In this document: positions 19,001 through 28,053 of the stretch, one piece after another | Layout of the letters: each line of letters starts with the position of its first letter | How positions within the stretch are numbered: the first letter of the stretch is position 1 | IMG/VR virus record: IMGVR_UViG_2548877036_000005 | Span: 14,660-78,659 of that record | Direction: 5' to 3' (one strand) | Source: a virus | Taxonomy: Duplodnaviria; Caudoviricetes | DNA: 64,000 nt | Notes under the pieces: model-generated | Told to the model about the DNA's origin: nothing | The model's database searches: none | The model's input: the letters and a program-made list of their open reading frames with translations, nothing else | Translations under genes and position numbers: made by a program

Positions 19001-19081
19001 TCACCTGTGCGCTCAAATGGTTAGAGCGGCTAGCGGTACCCAATCCGGCAGTGTGTCTCGGTTCAATTCCGGGCAGGTGAT
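19001..19081 (+). tRNA. tRNA-like gene with an abnormal anticodon arm (identity undetermined)
   Basis: TCACCTG/CAGGTGA acceptor, GCTC-AAATGGTTA-GAGC D arm, CTCGG-TTCAATT-CCGGG T arm; middle arm CGG-TACCCAAT-CCG. Confidence 0.65.
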
Positions 19082-19240
19082 CAGGGGATGCAACCTTTTC
19101 CAGAGAATGCTGCATCATCGCGTGGGTGCTGGAAACACCGCGAGGCGACGGAATGTAGGACTCACCCACCCGGCCTAAAAAAAGGGTGAACGGGAGGTAG
19201 ATATTTCTACGATCACGCTGGGTCCGTTAAGCCCATCTCA

Positions 19241-19300
19241 TAGACGACTCTGGTGGGGCCGGATACAGGTTGCGGAGGTTCGATTCCTTCATCGTCTACA
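19241..19300 (+). ncRNA. Mini tRNA-like fold (acceptor stem plus T arm)
   Basis: TAGACGA/TCGTCTA stem and GGAGG-TTCGATT-CCTTC arm, with only one short hairpin between. Confidence 0.5.
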
Positions 19301-19511
19301 AGGCATGGTTGGTGGTTCGAATCCGCCTGCGGTTATTGCCCTCTATGCATGGAGGGAGCTGGGTCTTAGTTCGCGCGAAAGCCACCCGGTGCGGTAATAC
19401 GTATACGTCTCAATTGGTAGAGCGGTGCCCCTCTACTTCCACCTTTCCCAGTCCCCTAACTCGCTGCGGATGCGCCAAGGATTGTGTTGGCGCTGAAAAT
19501 GGTGGACCAAT

Positions 19512-19584
19512 GTCTGGGTAGCTCAATTGGTAGAGCGGTGGTCTCCAAAGCCACTGGTTGCAGGTTCAAGTCCTGTCCCATTCG
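19512..19584 (+). tRNA. tRNA-Trp(CCA), two acceptor-stem mismatches
   Basis: GCTC-AATTGGTA-GAGC, GTGGT-CTCCAAA-GCCAC, GCAGG-TTCAAGT-CCTGT; acceptor GTCTGGG/CCCATTC. Confidence 0.85.
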
Positions 19585-19737
19585 CGGTTGCGCGGGGCAG
19601 GCGTTGGGCGGAACCGACCGTTCACCCCGCTCGCGTCCCGGCGCGGTTACGGCAGCACGTAAGGATCTGCCGATCCGGGCATAACTTTCTAGCTATTTAG
19701 CCCAGCTTGGCGTATTAAACCATGTGCAAAGTGAAAC

Positions 19738-19953
19738 TCATTCGGTGATGTTGAATCGTACGTTTTGACCGTTAACTATTTTCTGCACATTGGGGAATGG
19801 GATGCCGTATTGGTCAGCGATTTTGCGGTATGACCATCCCTCATTGTGGAGTTGTCGGATGAGTTCGTGGGATTGTCGGTAGAGTTCACTGGTTTCATCC
19901 ATTGAGCTTTTGAGTTCTTTGATTATTTCGGCCATCAGGTCAGGTGTGGTCAC
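19738..19953 (-). CDS. Small helix-turn-helix DNA-binding protein
   Basis: GWSYRKIADQYGIPFPNVQKIV; GTGA overlap start at 19953. Confidence 0.75.
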   Translation of the reverse strand: MTTPDLMAEIIKELKSSMDETSELYRQSHELIRQLHNEGWSYRKIADQYGIPFPNVQKIVNGQNVRFNITE

Positions 19954-22900
19954 ACTTGTACCGCTTTCAGGTCGTGTGGATGCCATTGCCCCCATGTTTC
20001 GGCCCATGCTGTTTGGGCTGCGCTCTTGGTTTTGAATACGGCTACTTTGGATACTGTGATGCCGTTTGGTAGTTCCCAATCCAGGGTTGGGTACCATTCT
20101 TCATCGAATGCGGGGCCTCCCCAGTAGTGGCCGTCGAGGTTTTGGATTACCCAGCCTTTTTGTCCGTGGTAGTAGGTGGTTTTCTGCCAGAGTGAGCGTG
20201 CTGGTTTTTGGCCTTGTCTAATTTTTTCGGTGCGATAGATTGTTCTCACTTGAAAAACTCCCAGCTTGGCGGATTTAAAGCTGTGCAAAGTAGCGGCGTG
20301 ATTGGGTTATGGGATGGTCCAGTAGTTGCAGCTACTTGTGGACGGGTTGCATGCGATGGCGGGACCGCTGTTGGTGTATGGCGGTGTCTCCCAGGTGGGC
20401 ATGAGTGGCCCGTTGTATCCCGGCTGGTATTGGCAGACGTTGAATTGTTCGCAGGGCGCGGTGTAGATGGCTAGCGCGAGTAGCGTGGTGATCATGGTTT
20501 GTTCTTTTCTGCGATTCTGTCGAGTATTTTGTCGATCCACGTCGGCTCGTCAGGGAAGCCGCGCCGCATATCCGGCCTGTAGGGTTTATATCCGGGCTGT
20601 AATGTCACACTGGTAACCAAGTCGCCGTAAGCGCTCATGCTTGTTCCTTGTGTTGCTGTAGGTAGGCGATAACCTCTATTTCGCGCTTGCTCCAAGCCCT
20701 ACCAGGACAGATTGAACCACCGACAAATCGGTTGTCATAGGACTTAATCGCCGTCCTGACCCGACCGCTCGGGTAGTACTCCAGGTATAGCTGCGCGCCT
20801 TCGGGATGTTGGTATTGCACTGCGAATCGATCTGGTTTCCACCAAACATGTCTAGCCTCTATAAGGCTCCAGCCGTTTTCTTTGGCTGCTTGTTCTATAC
20901 GCTCACGCCCGGTCATAGTGATGTCTCGCAAGTGCATGGTGTCGGATACCCGCAGTAAGAGCACTTGTCTAGGCTGTCCCAGATGGCATCAAAGTCATAG
21001 GTCTCGGTGCTCATTGTTCTTCCCTTAGGTATGAGAGAGCTAGACGGACACCTTCAACCTTGCCGCCGAGTCTGCGAACCTCGGCGATATCCACGTCGCC
21101 AGGGTGTAGAGATTTAGACTTAGCGGCGGTGTGCATGGCCACCAGTTCAAGTTCGGCTTTCTCTAGCCGTTCTATTACTGCATCGATATCGGTCATAGCA
21201 CTGTCCAACCATCCGGTCCACTCTGCTCTAGACGTTCAAGCCATTGGCCCATAACGGACTGTGCAATCGAATTTATCGCCGCACGCACCGCTTCCTCGCC
21301 AGGATATTTCTCGGGCTCTGAGTAGAGTTTACCCACGGGCGTCTGGTACACGTATCGAATCATCGTCCCTCCTTGTTTAGTAGTTCTGTAAGGTAATAGG
21401 CATGCGGTCGTCTAGAACGCGCGTACGGAGCGTGTCAGCCATTGCGAGACCTCACATACTCGCTAGCCGCCAATAGTGCGCGCGCTAAGGTCTCGGCATC
21501 GTCTGCGTTCTCAATCACGCTACTGACTCCAGACATGCCGATCCTGCCGTCCGTTCGGCGGATGAAGATCTCACCGGCATGTATTCCAGTGCGCTTAGTT
21601 CCTGTCATTGAACAGGTTACCGGCACTTCCCAGGATGCTTCATAAAAATCGCTGGGCACCTTTTCAGGTAGCTCTACCGTCAATGTGCTCACTGTTCTAG
21701 TTCTCCTTAGTGAGTAGGTAGTCAGAGCCGGTCAACATTGTGGGCGACGTGATCGAACTTGTCGGAACCGCCGAACAGGGTTACTACCCCGTCAACCTGC
21801 GCCCCCACCTGGTTGTAAAGTTTCTCCGCTTTACGGGAATCGCTGTCATAGCCGAATTCGTCGGCCCAAGACTCAAAAGATCCTGCGTCACGATATGCGC
21901 TGACCTCACTAACCAGTGAGTCTGCCACTTCTTCAGCGCTGGGGCGGGTAGTGATTGCCATACCTGCACGCCATGGGGTAGTGAACCTAAAGCCATCGGC
22001 ATTTTCAAGTGTCACAGTGTAGGCGCGGTGGTCCCAACCATCCTCGTCACGCGCGTACCCGTGATCTTCAATATTGACGATACCGATGTCGTTGACTTCG
22101 ATGTATTCCGTGATGTTCATTTCTTGTTCCTATCTATTAGTTGGTATGTGGGTTACTTGGCGCTCAGCTGTAAGAAGACCGCGCGCCACCGCGCTTCACA
22201 GAAGGTCCGGGTCCATCCGCAACGTCCGTCACAACTCTTGTCGTGTTCCATTGTTTCTATCCTTGGTATGTAGTAGGGGATTAGTAGGGTAGGTCGGTCA
22301 AATCGTCTGAGTAGTGTTCGGCATAGTTGACCTCGTGCCCGACAAGCGCGGCTGCGTGCTCGGCGGCCTCGCATTCACTGCTTGCGATGACGTAGATGTC
22401 TTCATCTCCGGTGTCTACGACATACACGGCGCTCATCTATCTAGTCCTTATCTCAGTCTATTCTGACGATATGCCCGACTACATTGCCGTGCCCGTCCTG
22501 CACGTCCAGTGCGTGATCGATCGTTTTACTACCGGCCATAATCACCGGGTTATGCCACAGCTTGCGTGTCATTACTAGTGCGGATCTCAGTGCTTGCACA
22601 CCTTCACCGGACCACAGCCGGGCACCCTTGCTGGTAAGGATTACTTGCCTCATCTATCTAGTCCTTATCCAATGGACGGTAGGCAATCCACCAACCGTAT
22701 CCCCGGTCATCGTCTTCAAATTCTGGCTGAGAGCCATCCTCTCGGTACCCGTTGGCGACCAAGCACACGTAGTCACCTGGCGTCTCCAGAATGTGCCGTT
22801 CAAGTCCGCCACCGACAAATTCGGACTGGTGAAATGTGGGGCCGTGGTAGTTGTACTGGCCGCTAAAGCCGCGTAGCAGCTCCCACCCCTCGGGAATGCC

Positions 22901-23802
22901 CTCTATGCGGTCCAGTGAGCTGCCATCTGGCGTAAGTACTTCCTCCACGCTGTCAAAGTGGTCATTGCGTGGGGAGTCAATCACAGCACCGCCAGGTAAC
23001 ACTCTCACGATGTGATCGAATTGCATTTTATCGTTGAGGTTCATTGCTCTAGTCCTTATCGGTAGTAGGGTCTGTAACCACTTGCTCGCGCTCACGGTCT
23101 GTGAGAGATGACAGAAACCCGACTACGGAATTCTCAGTCGTGAGGGCTACTGGATACGTTGAATCTCCGTCTTTCATCCAAACGACGTACTGCAACTTCC
23201 CGCCCTCGGTTAGACCCTCGTAATACGGCAGGCCCTTGTATGTGCTCATTTCCCTTATCCCTTGCTCTTGCGCCGATACATAGACTGTATCTATTGGATA
23301 CGCGACTGTCAAGACCATCTGTCGAAAATCTTTTCCACTGCATCATGTTCCCCACGGGCACACGCCACGGTGGCTGTGCAGCCAGGGGAGAACAGGCGCG
23401 CTACCCAACATCCGCATTCCACATCTAAACGCGCCACACGCCCATCTGGGAGCCTTTTATGCCCCGTCCTGGTGATCATGACGACTCGCCCCATACGCCA
23501 CGCCACACGTCAGCTTCGGGCACATATTCGGCCATATGGTCAAAGAACCCGATGGCCTCACCCGGATAGTGGGCATGCACTAGGTGTGCGACTGTCCATC
23601 TGTCCGCATTCCATGTAGACCGGCCTTCGCCTAGGTCTTCTACTCCATGGTCTGCGAGATGGTCGCATGCCTCCCATGCCCACTGTGGGCTTCCTGCTAT
23701 GCGGGCCATGGCGTACACCTCGGCTAGGTCTTCTGACCGCATGGTGTGGATGTCCCATCCCAGTTCACGTATTGCCTGGTCTATGTCTGACATTGCGCTC
23801 AT
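19950..23802 (-). CDS. Leftward operon of small hypothetical genes: 19950-20288, 20307-20495 (hydrophobic N-terminus), 20492-20638, 20635-20916, 21011-21208, 21435-21692, 21722-22120, 22153-22251, 22281-22436, 22453-22653, 22658-23044, 23049-23249, 23309-23479, 23476-23802
   Basis: Closely packed minus-strand ORFs with AAGGA-type RBS; strand skew flips here. Confidence 0.7.
22432..23060 (-). repeat. Three copies of GATAAGGACTAGA (minus strand) before gene starts
   Basis: Plus-strand TCTAGTCCTTATC at 22440-22452, 22657-22669, 23048-23060; the first two share 21 bp. Confidence 0.85.
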
Positions 23803-23808
23803 ACCACC

Positions 23809-23837
23809 GTTGTATCCGACAGATACACCACTGTCAA
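23809..23837 (-). promoter_or_regulatory. SigA-like promoter for the leftward operon, probably leaderless
   Basis: TTGACA-17 nt-TACAAC then 6 nt to ATG 23802; overlapping palindrome TGTATC-N5-GATACA. Confidence 0.7.
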
Positions 23838-23892
23838 CCCCTAATCAACACATTAGGGGAATACACACACCCCCTAACACACAGGAGGCCCT

Positions 23893-24057
23893 ATGAGCAC
23901 AGTGCACGTACTACCCAACAACGACCTCATAGACCACGAAGACGTAGGCACGGGCTGTGTGTGCGGCCCTACCACCACACCCGTACCTAGGGATGACGGC
24001 ACATATGGATGGGTGATCACCCACCACTCACTAGATGGCAGGGAACTACACGAATAA
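23893..24057 (+). CDS. Small hypothetical protein (54 aa, not in the ORF track)
   Basis: AGGAGG RBS; MSTVHVLPNNDLIDHE ... CVCGP ... HHSLDGRE. Confidence 0.75.
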   Translation: MSTVHVLPNNDLIDHEDVGTGCVCGPTTTPVPRDDGTYGWVITHHSLDGRELHE

Positions 24058-24330
24058 CCCACACACGGCACATAGTCAGCCATGTTTGCTACACACACTG
24101 ATACAGCAACCACACATACATGCATTGACATGGACTGACACAACACAAGCAACACACACCACTTCACACAAACACCACACCCAAGCAACCAACACCCCAA
24201 CCCCCACCCGAAACAACAACACACCCCTGACCTGCACAAACACAACCCCCTGGGGGGTAACCCCAGCAAACACGCAGGCCCCGCCACGCACAGCAAGCGG
24301 GCGCTCTCTCTCCGGGGTTTTCAGACGTAA
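24058..24330. other. A/C-rich low-complexity tract and probable genome terminus/packaging region
   Basis: ACACAC-rich tract ending in CCCCCTGGGGGG; abrupt switch to G/T skew upstream of the terminase genes. Confidence 0.5.
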
Positions 24331-24386
24331 AAAGTGCCTTGTTTTGGGTGCGACCTGCTGTTTTCGAGCATTTTTGGGGGATTTTG

Positions 24387-24644
24387 ATGGCTTCGGATTG
24401 GATGAAGCATTACAGGGTGAAGAAAGTGCCCGCTCAATTCGATGAATGGGGTTGGTCGTCGGCGCATTGGGCTGCGTATGCCCCGTGTAGTTGGGAGCCT
24501 AGTGGCCGGTTTTATAGCTGGACTGAGGCGATGGCTTGGGTGAATGCGAAGATATTAGATGCGGGGCTGGCGGTGGTGGACTTTATCGGTTCCAACGGGT
24601 TCCGGTATCGGATTTCGGGGGGCGAGGCCCTAGAAGGATGCTGA
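24387..24644 (+). CDS. Hypothetical protein
   Basis: GGGGGA RBS plus ATG 24387. Confidence 0.6.
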   Translation: MASDWMKHYRVKKVPAQFDEWGWSSAHWAAYAPCSWEPSGRFYSWTEAMAWVNAKILDAGLAVVDFIGSNGFRYRISGGEALEGC

Positions 24645-24716
24645 CTTAACAATCACTTTTCGGCGCTGGCCGGATTAACAAAAGTTCACGGACTGTATTC
24701 AACACTGGGGGGTGTT

Positions 24717-25067
24717 ATGTCTGAAGTACCTGAGGGTTTAGGGCTTGCTGGTGCGGCTTTGTGGGCGGATGTATGCCGGGGGCGCCAGTTGTCGGCTGCT
24801 AATAAGATTCTGCTGCTTAATGCGTGTCGTATTGCCGATAATTTGGATAATTTGGCTGCTGAGACACCTAAAGAGCGGGTTATTTCGCGGAATCATTTGG
24901 ACACCGAGTCTATTCATCCGACTATTTCGGAGTTCCGTCAGCAGGCTACGGCTTTGCACACGATGTTGACGAAGTTGGGTGTCGCGGATATGCCTGCCGA
25001 GTCTGGTAATGGCGGCGGGTTCTTTGATCAGTTGGCGGCTAAACGCAAGGAGCGTGAAGCCGGGTGA
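24717..25067 (+). CDS. Terminase small subunit
   Basis: P-x-GLG-x-x-G-x-x-LW, ACRIAD-x-LD-x-L, HP-x-x-x-E-x-RQQ; overlaps the large subunit. Confidence 0.85.
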   Translation: MSEVPEGLGLAGAALWADVCRGRQLSAANKILLLNACRIADNLDNLAAETPKERVISRNHLDTESIHPTISEFRQQATALHTMLTKLGVADMPAESGNGGGFFDQLAAKRKEREAG

Positions 25068-26587
25068 CGTTGGCGCTGGATAGCGGCCTGATTGGCTGCC
25101 AAACCCCGCGCCTATTCCACTACCCGGACACTAGCTTTCCGCTGTATAACACCACCCTTGCTGATGATGCTGTTGATTGCGCTTACGTGCTGGGCTATGA
25201 CCTGCTGGACTGGCAGGAAGACCTGCTTCGCCGTTCTTACGGGCGTAATGAGCGCGATAAGTGGGTTGCCCGCTCCGTTCTGCTGATTATCACTCGCCAG
25301 CAGGGCAAGACGGAGCTGATTGAGGTTCGTGAAGCCACCGGCTTGATTCTGCTGAATGAGCGGATCTTTCATACGTCGCAGCAGGCGAAGACGAACTCCC
25401 AGGCGTGGTTGTCGCTGCGGAACCGGTTGTACACCGTCCCGGATTTGGCTGCTCTTTTAGATAAGCCGAAGAACGGTGGCGAGGAAGTTTCGATCCGCCG
25501 TGCAACGCTGAAACGCGGTGATCCTGGTGGTAGGCCGGGGGATGAGGGCGGGTTTGTCCGCTATATCTCTCGCAACAAGGATTCTGGTCGCGGTTTCACG
25601 GAAATCGATCTCGTTATCTATGACGAGGCGTACGCGCTGACAGATGTTGAGATGGGTGCTTTGAAGCCCACCCAGTCGGCTTCGCGTAATCCGCAGACTT
25701 GGTATGCGTCTTCAGCCGGTACGGAGGATTCGGAGGTTCTGACCAGGCAGCGTGAAGCGGGCATGGCGGGGTCTAACCCGCAGCAGCTTTATGCGGAGTG
25801 GTCGTTGCCGGAGGGTTCTGATCCGACTAAGCGGGAGTTGTGGCCTACGGCGAAGCCTTCGCTGGGCGCGGATTTCTGTCCAGTTGAGAACTTGGAGTCC
25901 GATTTCCAGGAAATGGACTTGAAAGAGTTCGCTCGCGAGCACATGGGCATGTGGGATGACCCGCGCATGAACTCGGTGATCGATCTGAATGCGTGGGATG
26001 AGCGGACGGAGCCTGATGTTGATGGTGTTCCCCCGGAAATTCCGGTCGATTGGATTGTTGCTGCGCTGGATGTTGCGCCGGATCGGTCAAGTTGGTCTGC
26101 GACTATTTGTGGGAAGCGCCCTGATGGCCGTCACCATGGCGAGGTCGTTGCGCACGAGTCGGGCGGCACGACGGGAATTCTGCCGACGTTCCAAAAGCTA
26201 AGAACGTCTTCTAATGCTCCGCGTGCTGTGGCTGTTCAGGCTGGTGGCCGCGCCGGGGATTTCGGGCCGGAGCTGGAACAAATCGGATTCAAGGTTGTCT
26301 ATTTCGGGTCTCGCGAGATTGCGAATGCGACCGGCCAGCTAGAAGACGATGTTACGGGCGGCAAGTTGTCGCATTTAGATGATCCTTTCCTTTTCGATGG
26401 GCTCGCTGGCGCCACTAAGTATCAGATTGGTGGCGATGAGGAGCGTTCCGGGGGTTGGGGTTGGCTGCGAAAGAATTCTGCGGTCGATATTACGGGAATT
26501 GTTGCGTTTTCGTACGCAAATAGGCTTTTGACGTTGGAGTCCGTTGAGGAAACTTTGGCGAAGAAGAAAAGGCATAGGATGTGGTAG
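25064..26587 (+). CDS. Terminase large subunit
   Basis: LLDWQ, RQQGKT Walker A, GRG, IYDEA Walker B, nuclease LDV. Confidence 0.95.
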   Translation: MTLALDSGLIGCQTPRLFHYPDTSFPLYNTTLADDAVDCAYVLGYDLLDWQEDLLRRSYGRNERDKWVARSVLLIITRQQGKTELIEVREATGLILLNERIFHTSQQAKTNSQAWLSLRNRLYTVPDLAALLDKPKNGGEEVSIRRATLKRGDPGGRPGDEGGFVRYISRNKDSGRGFTEIDLVIYDEAYALTDVEMGALKPTQSASRNPQTWYASSAGTEDSEVLTRQREAGMAGSNPQQLYAEWSLPEGSDPTKRELWPTAKPSLGADFCPVENLESDFQEMDLKEFAREHMGMWDDPRMNSVIDLNAWDERTEPDVDGVPPEIPVDWIVAALDVAPDRSSWSATICGKRPDGRHHGEVVAHESGGTTGILPTFQKLRTSSNAPRAVAVQAGGRAGDFGPELEQIGFKVVYFGSREIANATGQLEDDVTGGKLSHLDDPFLFDGLAGATKYQIGGDEERSGGWGWLRKNSAVDITGIVAFSYANRLLTLESVEETLAKKKRHRMW

Positions 26588-28042
26588 TTGTCTATTATTG
26601 AGTTACCGGCACAAATTACTGCGGGGGACGTAAAAGAATTTGTGACCGAGGTAATGTATCCGGAATTTACCCGCATCAAACATGAGTTAGATAAGTTTCG
26701 TCTGTGGGTGACTGGACGGCAGCCCTACTATTTGGCTTTGCCTGCGGTTTCTAAAGAGAAGCAGGCCCTTCAGGAGTTGGCGCGGACTCCCTGGCTCGGT
26801 TTGGCTGTTAATACGCTGGCTCAGTGCCTTTTCGTGGACGGTTATAGGTCGGATGGTTCGGATAAGAACTCTGAGGGGCCATGGCGGACTTGGAATGCTA
26901 ACGATTTTCAGACTCAGCAGATAGGCATTCATCGTGCGGCGCTAACGTACGGGTATTCGTATGCGCGTGCTTTGCGGGGTACAGCGTTTGACGGGTCTAA
27001 TCAGGCTGTTTTTAAGGCTTTGTCTCCTCGTAGGGCGCTGTGTTTCTACGAGGACCCGGTTAGTGACCCGTATCCTCTGTATGCGATTGAGATTCTGCCG
27101 AATAATCGCGGTGTCCGCATGTATGATGCGAACGTTTACTATGATTTGCCGTTTCCGTTCAAGAATTTGAATGAAATCACGATCACACCGGTTGAGCACA
27201 ATGTTGGTGTTACACCGTTTGTGCGGTATGTGAATCAGGTCGATTTGGATGGGTACTGCATGGGTGAGGTTGAATATCTAATTCAGGCGGCGTCTCGTAT
27301 CGATAAGACTGATTTCGATTTGATGTTGGCTCAGCATTTCAACTCGTGGAAGGTTCGTTGGGCGACAGGTATTGATGACCTGGACTCGGGGGCTGAGGAG
27401 TTCAGTGCGGAGGATGCTGAGCGCGCGAAGATGATCCTTAGCCAGGATTCCACGCTGGTGCACGGCAACAAAGACGCCAAATTTGGGACGCTCGATGAGA
27501 CGGACCTGTCGGGGCTGATCTCGGCGCACGACTCCTCGGTGGAATCGTTCGCGGCCAACGCTCAGCTCCCGGCTTACGCGTTCGGGCATATGTCGAATCT
27601 ATCGGCGGACACGCTGGCTGCGGCGAACTGGGGGATGACCCAGAAACTTTTCGAACGCCAGATGACTTTCGGTAGTGGCCACAACAAGCTGAATCGGCTG
27701 GGATGCCACATCGAGGGCGATGTTGAGGGCGCTAAGGATTTCTCGGCGTCGTGCACGTGGCAGGACATGTCGGTGAGGTCGCTGGCTCAGGCTGTTGATG
27801 CCTGGGGCAAGGCGGCGACGATGCTCGCAGTTCCGAAGGAAGGGCTGTGGCCGAAGCTTCCGGGTGTCACCCAGTCTGAGGCGAAGTCTTGGAAGGCTAT
27901 CCAGGAGTCGAATGATCCGATGGCGGTGTTTAACCGTTATTGGGGTGCGCAGGCTGGTGTTGACCTTGATGGGAAGTTGATCAAGAGCGCCCCTGCGGAG
28001 CAACCTAAGGGCGTTCCAGGTAACGACCCTAGCTCTCGCTAG
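26588..28042 (+). CDS. Portal protein
   Basis: Position; ALTYGYSY, HNVGVTPFVRY, SNLSADTL motifs. Confidence 0.9.
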   Translation: MSIIELPAQITAGDVKEFVTEVMYPEFTRIKHELDKFRLWVTGRQPYYLALPAVSKEKQALQELARTPWLGLAVNTLAQCLFVDGYRSDGSDKNSEGPWRTWNANDFQTQQIGIHRAALTYGYSYARALRGTAFDGSNQAVFKALSPRRALCFYEDPVSDPYPLYAIEILPNNRGVRMYDANVYYDLPFPFKNLNEITITPVEHNVGVTPFVRYVNQVDLDGYCMGEVEYLIQAASRIDKTDFDLMLAQHFNSWKVRWATGIDDLDSGAEEFSAEDAERAKMILSQDSTLVHGNKDAKFGTLDETDLSGLISAHDSSVESFAANAQLPAYAFGHMSNLSADTLAAANWGMTQKLFERQMTFGSGHNKLNRLGCHIEGDVEGAKDFSASCTWQDMSVRSLAQAVDAWGKAATMLAVPKEGLWPKLPGVTQSEAKSWKAIQESNDPMAVFNRYWGAQAGVDLDGKLIKSAPAEQPKGVPGNDPSSR

Positions 28043-28053
28043 GGGGTTACCTG

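Noticed and set aside
18091-19684. Short ORFs 18091-18294, 18488-18874, 18492-18710, 18830-19024, 19270-19521, 19484-19684
   Set aside because: No convincing RBS, atypical composition, and several overlap tRNA-like folds
16900-19700. tmRNA, Y RNA or self-cleaving ribozyme (hammerhead, HDV/theta-like)
   Set aside because: No Ala-identity acceptor with tag ORF, no Ro gene in the window, and no catalytic core recognisable by eye; a covariance search is still needed
23874-24445. Cys/Val-rich and His/Thr-rich ORFs
   Set aside because: Translations of the low-complexity AC tract
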